Source of the DNA: OCS155 cluster bacterium AG-426-D23
Lineage (GTDB): Bacteria; Actinomycetota; Acidimicrobiia; Actinomarinales; Actinomarinaceae
Length of the DNA: 64,000 nucleotides
Reading direction: 5' to 3'
Assembly (NCBI GenBank): GCA_003213165.1
Contig: QCNO01000002.1
Span: 7,237 to 71,236 of the forward strand
Shown here one piece after another: positions 1 through 8,659 of this stretch (positions are counted from its first letter, which is position 1; every line of letters starts with the position of its first letter). A model generated the notes under the pieces. It saw nothing but the letters and a program-made list of their open reading frames with translations, did no database searches and had not been told where the DNA came from. The translations under genes and the position numbers were made by a program.

Positions 1-552
1 ACAACAATTCCAACATCAAAAATTGTAAATACTTCAGTTAAGAATTGGAGGGCAATGTCTGAGTATGGTGGAAGAAGAATCAAAAGATCTTTACTTATAG
101 ATATTTCAAGTATCAAATTTTTAACGCCCAAAGAAATTTCAGAATTAGAGAAATTAGCACCGTTAAAAGAATATATATCTTTTAAAAATAATGAATTATC
201 TGAATTTAATGCTTCTATTGAAAATCCAGATAACAATATTGAAACTAGAAAATTGACAAATATAGGTACTTACAGAGCATATATTGAAAGCTATTTGAAA
301 CAAAATTCAAACTTAAATACTGAAACTATGACATTCCTTGTTCGACAACTTCCTTCATCTCCAGAGGGTGTGCCGTTAGAAATCTATACATTCACAAAAA
401 CTACTGAATGGGAGGCATATGAGAAAATTCAGTCTGATATCTTTGATCACTTATTTGCTATTCTTCCAAAATTTGGCCTAAGAGTTTTTCAGAATGGACT
501 GCTTGAAGCTGTAGCTGTTAAAAACTTGCCTTTTAATCAGTTAGACGAATAA
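1..552 (+). CDS. Mechanosensitive channel, MscS family (YbdG-like), 5'-truncated by the window edge
   Basis: Frame is open from base 1 (TTIPTSKIVNTSVKNWRAMSEYGGRRIKRS). Contains TNIGTYRAY, VRQL, GVPLEIYTF and YEKIQSDIFDH motifs typical of YbdG/MscM. Confidence 0.85.
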   Translation, partial: TTIPTSKIVNTSVKNWRAMSEYGGRRIKRSLLIDISSIKFLTPKEISELEKLAPLKEYISFKNNELSEFNASIENPDNNIETRKLTNIGTYRAYIESYLKQNSNLNTETMTFLVRQLPSSPEGVPLEIYTFTKTTEWEAYEKIQSDIFDHLFAILPKFGLRVFQNGLLEAVAVKNLPFNQLDE

Positions 553-2025
553 TTTTTTTCTAAAAACAATAAGCCCAAATATTATAAAAATATAATTTAA
601 ATAATTTCCATATCTGCTGTAAGGAGTTTCTTTCTGTTTTGCCTCAAGTCTTTCAGTAAGTACTCCTGTTTCAAATAATTTAGTTTTAGCAACCACTTTT
701 CCTTTATGATCTATAAATGCTGATTTACCAGTTATAGCCGCATGTACAATCGGTCTTCCGTTTGAAATTGCGTTTGCCCTAGACATTAATATAAATTGAT
801 CTGACATACCGCTTTCTCCATAACTTGCTTGGTTAGTAAGTATTACAACTAATTCTGCACCATCTTTGACACTGTTCCTGATATATCTTTGGAACGATCC
901 TTCAAATGAGATAACAGTTGAAATTTTCGTATTATTTACTATAAATATTTTTTGACCATCACCCCTAATCATGTCACGTGGAACTAGTGCTAACGAAGGA
1001 ATCCAGTCTAAATATTTTCTCAATGGAATATACTCTCCAAAAGGCACAGGGTGCTGTTTTAAATATTGATCTATAATCTCACCATTTTTATTTATAAAGA
1101 CTCCATAATTTTCAAAATATTGATTTTGTATAGGTCTGTCTCCTCCTATTAAAAAATATGAATCTAGTCTCAAAGCTTCTGTAGCAATATCGTTTTGAAC
1201 TCTAGTATGTATTCCGGGATCATTGTTAAATCCTGTTGAGCTCTCAGGCCAAACTACAAGATCAAAATTCCCATCAAGAGATTGTGTTTGAGTTAAATGG
1301 CTTTCATATATTTTTTGTCTTTCATTGCTACATCTATTTTTTGCACCAGGACACGGACTGTTTCCTTGAATGATTGCGATGTTTAGTTCTGATGCTCCTA
1401 ATTGAACATCATCGTAATCAATATTAATAATTACAAGACTGAAAACGTATATTGAAATAACTATTAAAGAAAATATCATATAATTTTTAAAATAATTTTT
1501 TTGATTGTTTTTTGAAAAGACACCAAGTGCAATTATTAAAGAAAAAGATTGTAGTAAAAGCGATGATCCCGTTGGTCCAAAGCTTTCAAAAGACAGACGA
1601 GCATCTAGCATGAACCAACTATCTATAGGGCCAGTTAATAAAACCGTTGAGGGAAAACCCCAAGGAAAACCGCCAAATGGAAAATATGCTCTAATCAAAT
1701 CAAAAATCGCTATAACTGACAACAATACATAGAAATTGTTATCAGATTTTGTATTTAGATAAGAAAACAGTTTTGCGAATATTCCATATATCAATCCCAT
1801 TAAAATTGTTAGGGGAATCCATGCCTCAAGTCCTATTGATTGAATTCCCAATAAAATCACACCATAGGTGATACTCCCAAATATAAACCCTGTTAAAAAA
1901 GGTTTTTCATCTGATAACAATGAATAGTAAAAAAAATACAATGCTGGAAAAATTAAGAACCAGAAGTCAAAAGGAGGAAAACTTAAAAAATATAGTATCC
2001 CTCCTAAGGATGCTCGTATTAACAT
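541..2025 (-). CDS. lnt: Apolipoprotein N-acyltransferase (catalytic Cys replaced by Ser)
   Basis: Multi-TM N-terminus with GGFPWG, nitrilase-fold motifs IQGN, VWPES, KQHPVPFGEY, RAxxNGR and AITGKSA. Confidence 0.9.
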   Translation of the reverse strand: MLIRASLGGILYFLSFPPFDFWFLIFPALYFFYYSLLSDEKPFLTGFIFGSITYGVILLGIQSIGLEAWIPLTILMGLIYGIFAKLFSYLNTKSDNNFYVLLSVIAIFDLIRAYFPFGGFPWGFPSTVLLTGPIDSWFMLDARLSFESFGPTGSSLLLQSFSLIIALGVFSKNNQKNYFKNYMIFSLIVISIYVFSLVIINIDYDDVQLGASELNIAIIQGNSPCPGAKNRCSNERQKIYESHLTQTQSLDGNFDLVVWPESSTGFNNDPGIHTRVQNDIATEALRLDSYFLIGGDRPIQNQYFENYGVFINKNGEIIDQYLKQHPVPFGEYIPLRKYLDWIPSLALVPRDMIRGDGQKIFIVNNTKISTVISFEGSFQRYIRNSVKDGAELVVILTNQASYGESGMSDQFILMSRANAISNGRPIVHAAITGKSAFIDHKGKVVAKTKLFETGVLTERLEAKQKETPYSRYGNYLNYIFIIFGLIVFRKKLFV

Positions 2026-2062
2026 ATCTTTTTATGTTAATAATTAGACCTCATGAAATAAA

Positions 2063-2797
2063 CTAATTTATATTTCTTAATATCACATATAAACCAGAAA
2101 AAATAGAAAAATAAGTCACGGATGCAGACAAAAAACTCTGAGAAACTTTAGAAAAAATTAAGCTTGATAATCTAATTCCTAAAAAAACAAATGGGATATT
2201 GATCAAAAATAAATAAATGTGATCAATATAAATCCTTCCAGTAAAAGCAAGCAAAGACAAAGTGATTATTATTCCAATTATAAAAACACTATTTAATGAT
2301 GGTCTAAATTCGTCTGGATCAGTATCTCGATACAGAAGAGCAACTGGAGGGCCTCCTATTGCGGCAATCATTCCAAAAATTCCAGAAAATGTACCACCTA
2401 TAAAAGAATTAGTTTTGTTTCTTTTTATAACCCATCCAAAAAAAGAAGCTAGTCCAGCTAAAAAAACTATTAGACCTACAGAAATAGAAAGGTATTTTTC
2501 ATTTAATATTGATAAAAACAATAAACCAATTGGTCCCCCAACAAACCTACCTGCAACTAATGGTTTAACTGAACTTAAATCAACCCTGTTTCTTTCTCTT
2601 ATAAATACTCGAATTGCTAACGGTAAACCCAGTAGAGATAAGAGTTGAGGAACTAATAGAGCTTCAATCTGTACAACTATAGGTGATGCTATAACAGCAA
2701 ATCCAAATCCTAGTATTCCTTGAACTGATGATCCTATAAAGATTAATAAAGCAATAAAGATTAATTCAAAAAGGGTAAGTTCAAAAGGTAGACTCAA
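2063..2797 (-). CDS. Sulfite exporter TauE/SafE family membrane protein
   Basis: About 8 TM segments with GxxGFGFA and IGGPP motifs. TTG start overlaps the stop of the upstream selenoprotein gene. Confidence 0.8.
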   Translation of the reverse strand: MSLPFELTLFELIFIALLIFIGSSVQGILGFGFAVIASPIVVQIEALLVPQLLSLLGLPLAIRVFIRERNRVDLSSVKPLVAGRFVGGPIGLLFLSILNEKYLSISVGLIVFLAGLASFFGWVIKRNKTNSFIGGTFSGIFGMIAAIGGPPVALLYRDTDPDEFRPSLNSVFIIGIIITLSLLAFTGRIYIDHIYLFLINIPFVFLGIRLSSLIFSKVSQSFLSASVTYFSIFSGLYVILRNIN

Positions 2798-3030
2798 TCA
2801 AGCGCTTCTTCTATGAGCTTAAGAATCTCACCATCCTCAGTATGTCTACCTAGTTCTTTTTTTGAAAATAATAAATTGTCATTTAGGTGGAACTCAAATA
2901 CTCCTCCACCACTTGGAATTAAATTAATCGAGGTTACTTTGTTTCCGTAAATTTCTAAGATATCTTCTATCGTACTAACTGCACGAGGGGTGTAGTTTCA
3001 GACTACACAAAACTCTAATTTTATTTCCAT
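2794..3030 (-). CDS. SelW/SelT/Rdx family selenoprotein, 78 aa, CxxU motif (in-frame UGA at 2998-3000)
   Basis: Hand translation: MEIKLEFCVV[UGA]NYTPRAVSTIEDILEIYGNKVTSINLIPSGGGVFEFHLNDNLLFSKKELGRHTEDGEILKLIEEALD. Rdx hallmarks CxxU, LIPxxGGxFE and FSKKxxGR continue past the UGA. Confidence 0.9.
2970..2986 (-). promoter_or_regulatory. Putative bacterial SECIS element
   Basis: 17-nt hairpin UCGUGC-AGUUA-GUACGA starting 11 nt after the in-frame UGA, with GU at loop positions 2-3. Confidence 0.7.
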
Positions 3031-3066
3031 AATTTAATAGTATCATAACTTAGATTAAGGAGGTTT

Positions 3067-4965
3067 ATGTTTAACTATTCTGAGGCAAACTTAGAGAGCT
3101 TGAATGATGATTTGGATAGAACTTTAGAAGAATGTAAAAGATTAGTTGAAAACATAAAGTTATCAACAAATGTCAATTTAAGTGATTTCAATGAATTAGA
3201 AAGTACAGTTTATGACGTTTCAGGAAGAATTGCTTTTCTTGGAGACGTACACCCTCATGAGAAGATTAGAGATTTTGGAAATGAAGCAGATTCTATCATA
3301 CAAAATTTTGCACTTGAAATATTTAATGATGATGATCTTTATAAAAAATATAATGAAATTGATATTTCAAATGCAGATAAAGAAAGTATTGAGTTTCACA
3401 AAGATTTAGGTACAGATTTTAAAAATGCGGGTCATGGTTTATCTAATGAAAGCAGGAATAGGTTAATAGAAATTGATAAGAAGCTTATAGAGCTTAGTAT
3501 TTCCTATTCAGAAAATATAGCAAAAGACAAAACTAGGCTTAAATTTTCAGAAGCTGAGTTAAACGGTTTAAGCAAAAATGATCTTAACAACTTAAAAAAG
3601 GACGAAGAAAAATTTATTATTACAATGGCATATCCAGATGTAAATGCTGTATCTGAAAATTGCAATGTTAGGAGCACTAGAGAAAAAGTTTGGAAAGCTT
3701 TTAATAATCGGGCCGTAAAAGATAATATTCCAATCCTTAAAGAGGCTGTTCTACTCAGAAATGAAAAATCTAAATTATTTGGATTTGAAACCTGGGCGGA
3801 ATATAGATTGCAAAACAGAATGGCAAAAAATCCAAAAAATGTTGATTCTATGTATAGGGATTTAATCCCTAAGTTGCAAAAATCTGCTGAGAGAGAAAAG
3901 ATAGAACTTGTAATAGATGATATTGAAATTAATGATATCTCACCTTGGGATATCAGATATTTTATTTCATCGAAAAGAAGCAAAACTAGCAATATAGAAA
4001 ATAGTGAACTAAAAAAATATTTTTTTATACATGACGTAAAAAACGAAATGTTCAAAGTTTGTGAAGAAGTTTTTGATTTAGAAATTAAAGCGGAATCAAA
4101 TCAAACTGCATGGCATGAAGATGTTGAACTTTGGTCTTTATGGGAAAAAAATGGTGAACAGTTAGCTTATTTCTACTTAGACCTTTATCCGAGAGAAGGA
4201 AAGTTTACTCATGCAGCAGTATTTGATATCTCTTCTGGTGGGTCTGAAAGACAAGAGTTACCAGTGTGTTCAATGGTCGCGAATTTTCCAAATCCAAATT
4301 CAGGAGATGGACTTATGACTTTTGATGAAGTTGAAACCTTGTTTCATGAATTTGGTCATGTATTGCATAATGGAATTGGTAAATCAAAATATACAAGATT
4401 TGTTGGTGCAAATTGTGAGTGGGATTTTGTGGAAGCTCCTAGTCAAATTATGGAACACTGGGTTTGGAAAGTAGAGTGCTTAAAAAGGATTTCAAAACAT
4501 ATTGAAACATCAGAACCATTAAATGAACAGTTGTGTGAAAAGTTAAACGAATCAAAAAACATTGGAATTAGCTTGTTGGCATTGAGGCAAGTATCTTTTG
4601 GACTTGCCGATCAACATATGCATGGTAAAAATTTCAATGATGATCTTTTACAAATAGAACAAACTTCTCAGCTAGTAACGAATATCACATACCCCAAAGA
4701 TACTAATCATTTGGGAGCATTTGGTCATTTACTTGGTGGGTATGATGCTGCTTACTATGGGTACTTATGGGCTGAAATTATTGGCGATGACTTGTTCAGC
4801 AGATTTGAAAAAGAAGGAGTGCTTTCAAATTCAGTAGGTATTGATTACAAAAACAAGATTCTGATGCCCGGAGGTACTATACCTGCCGAAAATATGGTTC
4901 AAAACTTCCTCGGTAGAAAATGGAATGATGAAGCTTATTTATTTCAAAAGAACTTGCTTAATTAA
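3067..4965 (+). CDS. M3 family metallopeptidase (thimet oligopeptidase-like)
   Basis: FYLDLYPREGK, TLFHEFGH, DFVEAPSQ and YYGYLWA motifs. Confidence 0.92.
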   Translation: MFNYSEANLESLNDDLDRTLEECKRLVENIKLSTNVNLSDFNELESTVYDVSGRIAFLGDVHPHEKIRDFGNEADSIIQNFALEIFNDDDLYKKYNEIDISNADKESIEFHKDLGTDFKNAGHGLSNESRNRLIEIDKKLIELSISYSENIAKDKTRLKFSEAELNGLSKNDLNNLKKDEEKFIITMAYPDVNAVSENCNVRSTREKVWKAFNNRAVKDNIPILKEAVLLRNEKSKLFGFETWAEYRLQNRMAKNPKNVDSMYRDLIPKLQKSAEREKIELVIDDIEINDISPWDIRYFISSKRSKTSNIENSELKKYFFIHDVKNEMFKVCEEVFDLEIKAESNQTAWHEDVELWSLWEKNGEQLAYFYLDLYPREGKFTHAAVFDISSGGSERQELPVCSMVANFPNPNSGDGLMTFDEVETLFHEFGHVLHNGIGKSKYTRFVGANCEWDFVEAPSQIMEHWVWKVECLKRISKHIETSEPLNEQLCEKLNESKNIGISLLALRQVSFGLADQHMHGKNFNDDLLQIEQTSQLVTNITYPKDTNHLGAFGHLLGGYDAAYYGYLWAEIIGDDLFSRFEKEGVLSNSVGIDYKNKILMPGGTIPAENMVQNFLGRKWNDEAYLFQKNLLN

Positions 4966-4967
4966 AG

Positions 4968-4996
4968 TTGTATTCTAAAATACTTTATGTTAAGCT
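4968..4996 (+). promoter_or_regulatory. Putative sigma70-type promoter
   Basis: TTGTAT (4968-4973), 17 bp, TAAGCT (4991-4996), with extended -10 TG at 4988-4989. Confidence 0.5.
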
Positions 4997-5014
4997 TGTG
5001 AATATATTCACAAA
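4995..5014. promoter_or_regulatory. Rex-type operator (also fits CRP/GlxR consensus)
   Basis: Perfect 20-bp palindrome CTTGTGAATATATTCACAAG = TTGTGAA-N4-TTCACAA, overlapping the -10/+1 region. Confidence 0.7.
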
Positions 5015-5031
5015 GTATATAAAGGAATAAA

Positions 5032-5226
5032 ATGACAGACGGATTAAAAGCAAGTCAAATAAAAGGTGGAATTAGGCCATCAAAAAGTTTTGATCAGGGC
5101 AGAGTATGTAAAGACGAATCTTGCAGTACTCAATTAAGTATTTATAACAAAAGAGATCACTGCTTCAATCATGCTCCAGTGAAATATCCTAGAGTAAGAG
5201 GCAGGATTCTTCAAGAAACTGCTTAA
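5032..5226 (+). CDS. Small hypothetical protein with C-x4-C-x12-C-x2-H (putative Zn finger)
   Basis: 64-aa ORF with SD AAGGA, own promoter and terminator, and a basic C-terminus. Confidence 0.7.
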   Translation: MTDGLKASQIKGGIRPSKSFDQGRVCKDESCSTQLSIYNKRDHCFNHAPVKYPRVRGRILQETA

Positions 5227-5272
5227 GTTTTTGATACCCCCCCTAACGGAATCTCCCCCAAGAGATTTCTTG

Positions 5273-5302
5273 TAAGCCCCTAAGAAATTAGGGGCTTATT
5301 TA
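5273..5302 (+). terminator. Intrinsic terminator
   Basis: TAAGCCCCTAA-GAAA-TTAGGGGCTTA, a perfect 11-bp stem followed by a short T run. Confidence 0.75.
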
Positions 5303-5331
5303 TAGCCCACCAAGTATTAAAATAAACCATT

Positions 5332-5541
5332 ATGAATGTTGTATTTACAGTTCCTGAAATCAGTTGTGGTCATTGCAAAGATACGATTGAATCTACATTA
5401 AGTAATGTTGAATCTATAGAAAGTGTTTCAGTTGATATTGAAAAGAAATCAGTTGAGGTTTTCTCGTCTTCTGATATTGACATGATAAACGTATCTCAAC
5501 TGTTAGATGAACAAGGCTACACAGTTGTCCAGTCAGAATAA
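5332..5541 (+). CDS. copZ: Copper chaperone, HMA domain
   Basis: ISCGHC motif, 69 aa, directly upstream of a Cu-ATPase. Confidence 0.85.
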   Translation: MNVVFTVPEISCGHCKDTIESTLSNVESIESVSVDIEKKSVEVFSSSDIDMINVSQLLDEQGYTVVQSE

Positions 5542-7600
5542 CACACTAAATTTAGACATTGAGGGTATGACATGTGCTGCATGTGCTGCCCGAATAGAGC
5601 GAGTAATCTCAAAACAAGAAGATGTACTAGACGTATCTGTAAGCTTTCCTCTAAAATCTGCAATTGTTGATATTAAAAACAATGAAAGGTTTGATGTTGA
5701 TAATTTAATTAAGAAAGTAAATACTATTGGTTACAAAGCAAAAGAAGCAGACAGTCTTAGATCAAACAAAAAAGTTAAGTTTAAATTTGTTATACCTTTC
5801 TTATCATTATTGCTAACTTATATTCTTAGATTTATATTTGAGGCTGGACTTGATGTCTTATCTTATGCAATAGGCTCATTTGTTATATTGATACTTGGTA
5901 GAAATTTTCATATTTCTGCTTTTAAAAAAATTAAATATCTTGATTTTAATATGGATACACTAATTTCAATTGGTAGCTTAAGCGCGCTTATTATTTCATT
6001 ATTACCAAACACTGTACTTGGTTCAGATTTATCAATCACAAATAATAAAATGTTTCTTGATACTGGTGCTTTCATAGTTTCGTTTATCTTAATTGGTAAA
6101 GCAATAGAAGATAAGGTCATAGAAGAATCTGTAAATGAATCTGAATCAATAAAAAGTAAGATGCCTAAAACTTTAATTGTTGAAAGAAGTGGGCAAGATC
6201 TTGAAGTGCCCATTAAAGAGGTTGTAGTTGGTGATTCATTTAAAGTAAGTCCTGGAGAAATTATTCCTGTTGATGGTCTTGTTTTTGAGGGCTCAACAAC
6301 TGTTGACGAAAGTTTATTAACTGGAGAATCAATTCCTCTAGTCAAAAAATCTGAAGATTTAGTTGTAGGTGGAAGTATAAATTTAGATGGTGCAATTAAA
6401 GTCTCTGTCCAAGAGTCTTACCAGAAATCTACCTACAACATAATTGAAGAATTAATTAGAACGGCTCAAGCAACTAAACCAGAAATTCAAAAATCATTGG
6501 ACAAAGTAACTCAATACTTTGTTCCAATTGTTCTAATAATTAGTGTTTTGACTTTTCTATTTAGATTCTTTATAAGTGATTTTGCGTTGTTAGATGCCTT
6601 AAAAAATTCAATAGCAGTTCTTGTAATTGCATGTCCTTGTGCATTAGGCTTAGCAACTCCAATAGTGTTGTTTAAAACTGCAACTCTGAGTAAAAAAGAT
6701 GGATACTTATTTAAAAATTTCGATATTTTACAAAAATTTGGTGATATAAATACTCTTATTTTTGATAAAACAGGCACTCTTTCTTCTGGTATTTTTAAAA
6801 TATCAAAGATCGAAAACAACAACACTTCTCTAAATGAAGATACCATTTTGCAAATTATTGCAAGTCTTGAAAGCTATTCTCAGCATCCGATTGCAAGAAG
6901 TATTGTTTATGAGGCAGAATTACGAGATTTGAAATTACTTAAAGCTAATGATGTTAAGGAGGTTCCTGGCTTAGGCATACAGGGAATAGTCGATGACAAA
7001 AAAATTGTCATTGAAAAAAATGAAGATTCCAATGAGTCTTCAATCATTGTTAAAATTGACGACGAAAAAATTTACATCTACTTGGAAGAAGAAGTATCCG
7101 TATCATCAAACTTCTTAGATGTACTAAGAGATGAAAAAGAAATAATTATTCTTTCTGGAGATAAAGAAGTTAATGTTGAAAAGTTTGCTAAAAGTATTGG
7201 GATAAAACAATATCATTCAAATAAAACCCCAGAAGCAAAATTAGACTTCATTAAAAATAAACAACTAGAAGAAAAAATTATATATGTTGGAGATGGAGTA
7301 AATGATTCCCCTTCAATAAAACAAGCAGATATTGGTATAACTACCTCTAGTAGTAGTCAAATAGCACAGGTAGCTGGAGATATTTTAATTCACAAGGGAG
7401 GTTTAGACACGATATCTGATATTTTTAAATTATCAAAAAAATCTAAAAGTAGAATCTATCAAAATCTATTCCTTGCTTTTGTTTACAACACCTCGATGAT
7501 TCCATTAGCTGTGTCTGGGGCAATTACACCAAACTTAGCAGCTTTGGCTATGGCACTATCAAGCATTTCAGTTGTGTTAAATTCATCAAGAAAACTATAA
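5507..7600 (+). CDS. copA: Copper-translocating P1B-type ATPase
   Basis: GMTCAAC, TGES, CPC, DKTGT, HP, GDGVND, YN and MALSS motifs. Confidence 0.9.
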   Translation: MNKATQLSSQNNTLNLDIEGMTCAACAARIERVISKQEDVLDVSVSFPLKSAIVDIKNNERFDVDNLIKKVNTIGYKAKEADSLRSNKKVKFKFVIPFLSLLLTYILRFIFEAGLDVLSYAIGSFVILILGRNFHISAFKKIKYLDFNMDTLISIGSLSALIISLLPNTVLGSDLSITNNKMFLDTGAFIVSFILIGKAIEDKVIEESVNESESIKSKMPKTLIVERSGQDLEVPIKEVVVGDSFKVSPGEIIPVDGLVFEGSTTVDESLLTGESIPLVKKSEDLVVGGSINLDGAIKVSVQESYQKSTYNIIEELIRTAQATKPEIQKSLDKVTQYFVPIVLIISVLTFLFRFFISDFALLDALKNSIAVLVIACPCALGLATPIVLFKTATLSKKDGYLFKNFDILQKFGDINTLIFDKTGTLSSGIFKISKIENNNTSLNEDTILQIIASLESYSQHPIARSIVYEAELRDLKLLKANDVKEVPGLGIQGIVDDKKIVIEKNEDSNESSIIVKIDDEKIYIYLEEEVSVSSNFLDVLRDEKEIIILSGDKEVNVEKFAKSIGIKQYHSNKTPEAKLDFIKNKQLEEKIIYVGDGVNDSPSIKQADIGITTSSSSQIAQVAGDILIHKGGLDTISDIFKLSKKSKSRIYQNLFLAFVYNTSMIPLAVSGAITPNLAALAMALSSISVVLNSSRKL

Positions 7601-7643
7601 AAATTTATATTAAATAAATTTATTAAAACATTAATCTTTCATT

Positions 7644-8492
7644 ATGGAAGATGTTGTTTGGTATAGAAAGCCACTTTTATCAGAACCTGTAGCAATACTT
7701 GCCTTTGAAGGATGGAGTGATGCAGGAAATACAGCAACTGGCTGCGTTGAGAATTTAAGTTGCACATATGAAGTGGATCCTTTTGCAGAGCTAAATTCTG
7801 ATTCTTATTACAACTATCAAATGAGAAGGCCGATTGTTGAGGTTAAAGACTTTGGTGAAAGGAACTTTCATTGGCCCCAAACTTCATTCTATTCCATCGA
7901 AGACTACAAACTCAAAAGCGATTTGATTTTGGTTTTTGGAGAAGAGCCATCAATGAGATGGAAGGAATATTCAAGAAATATTACAGAAACTCTTTTAGAT
8001 CTCGGAGTTAAAAAAGCTGTTACCTTAGGAGCTTTTTTTGGACAAGTAGCACATACACTTCCTGTTCCAATTTTCGGTGTAAGTGGAGATCCAACATTTC
8101 ACTCTCGCTTTAATGTACTCAACCCTAATTATTCAGGACCAACAGGCATAACAAGTGTTGTTGGTCAGTCATTAAGAGATAATGGAATTGAGACTTCTGG
8201 TCTTTGGGCTGCTGTTCCGCATTACTTAAGTAGTGGTGGATATCCTAAAGGGATGAGTGCACTTTTAAACAAAACTTCTGAGATATTAAAAATTGATATT
8301 GATGACTCTGGCATACAAAGTGAAGGCCAGCAGTTTGAACTGAAAATAAGTAAAGCTATGGAGAACTCCCAAGACCTAGCTGACTACGTTTCTAAACTTG
8401 AAGAAGCCGAAGTTAGTATTGAAGACAACTTCTCTGAAGACAATTTAGTCCAACAGATTGAAGATTTTTTGAATGAAGAGAGAGAACTCTAA
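7644..8492 (+). CDS. PAC2 family (proteasome assembly chaperone-like) protein
   Basis: AFEGWxDAG, RP, GEEPxxRW, YxGPTGI and WAAVPHY motifs of actinobacterial PAC2. Confidence 0.85.
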   Translation: MEDVVWYRKPLLSEPVAILAFEGWSDAGNTATGCVENLSCTYEVDPFAELNSDSYYNYQMRRPIVEVKDFGERNFHWPQTSFYSIEDYKLKSDLILVFGEEPSMRWKEYSRNITETLLDLGVKKAVTLGAFFGQVAHTLPVPIFGVSGDPTFHSRFNVLNPNYSGPTGITSVVGQSLRDNGIETSGLWAAVPHYLSSGGYPKGMSALLNKTSEILKIDIDDSGIQSEGQQFELKISKAMENSQDLADYVSKLEEAEVSIEDNFSEDNLVQQIEDFLNEEREL

Positions 8493-8588
8493 CTAGACGC
8501 TTTTCTTCTTATGTCTATTTGATTTACGACGTTTACGATATTTATGTTTTGACATTTTCTTACGTCTTTTTTTGATCAAAGATCCCAT
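8493..8588 (-). CDS. 30S ribosomal protein bS22 (AURKAIP1/COX24 domain), 31 aa
   Basis: Hand translation MGSLIKKRRKKMSKHKYRKRRKSNRHKKKSV matches the actinobacterial MGSVIKKRRKRMxKKKHRK family. Below the ORF-track cutoff. Confidence 0.9.
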   Translation of the reverse strand: MGSLIKKRRKKMSKHKYRKRRKSNRHKKKSV

Positions 8589-8659
8589 AAATTAAATTTT
8601 TTTCCTTTTTTCCTAACTGCGAAATTCTAACTGATTCTCATCATTAACTGAAAATCTTT

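Noticed and set aside
2998-3000. Genome-wide UGA reassignment as the explanation for the in-frame UGA
   Set aside because: TGA ends ordinary genes here (e.g. dcd, ndh, mutY) and Trp uses TGG.
8614-8650. Three TAACTG copies upstream of bS22
   Set aside because: Short and unevenly spaced (14 and 17 bp); could be chance in AT-rich DNA.
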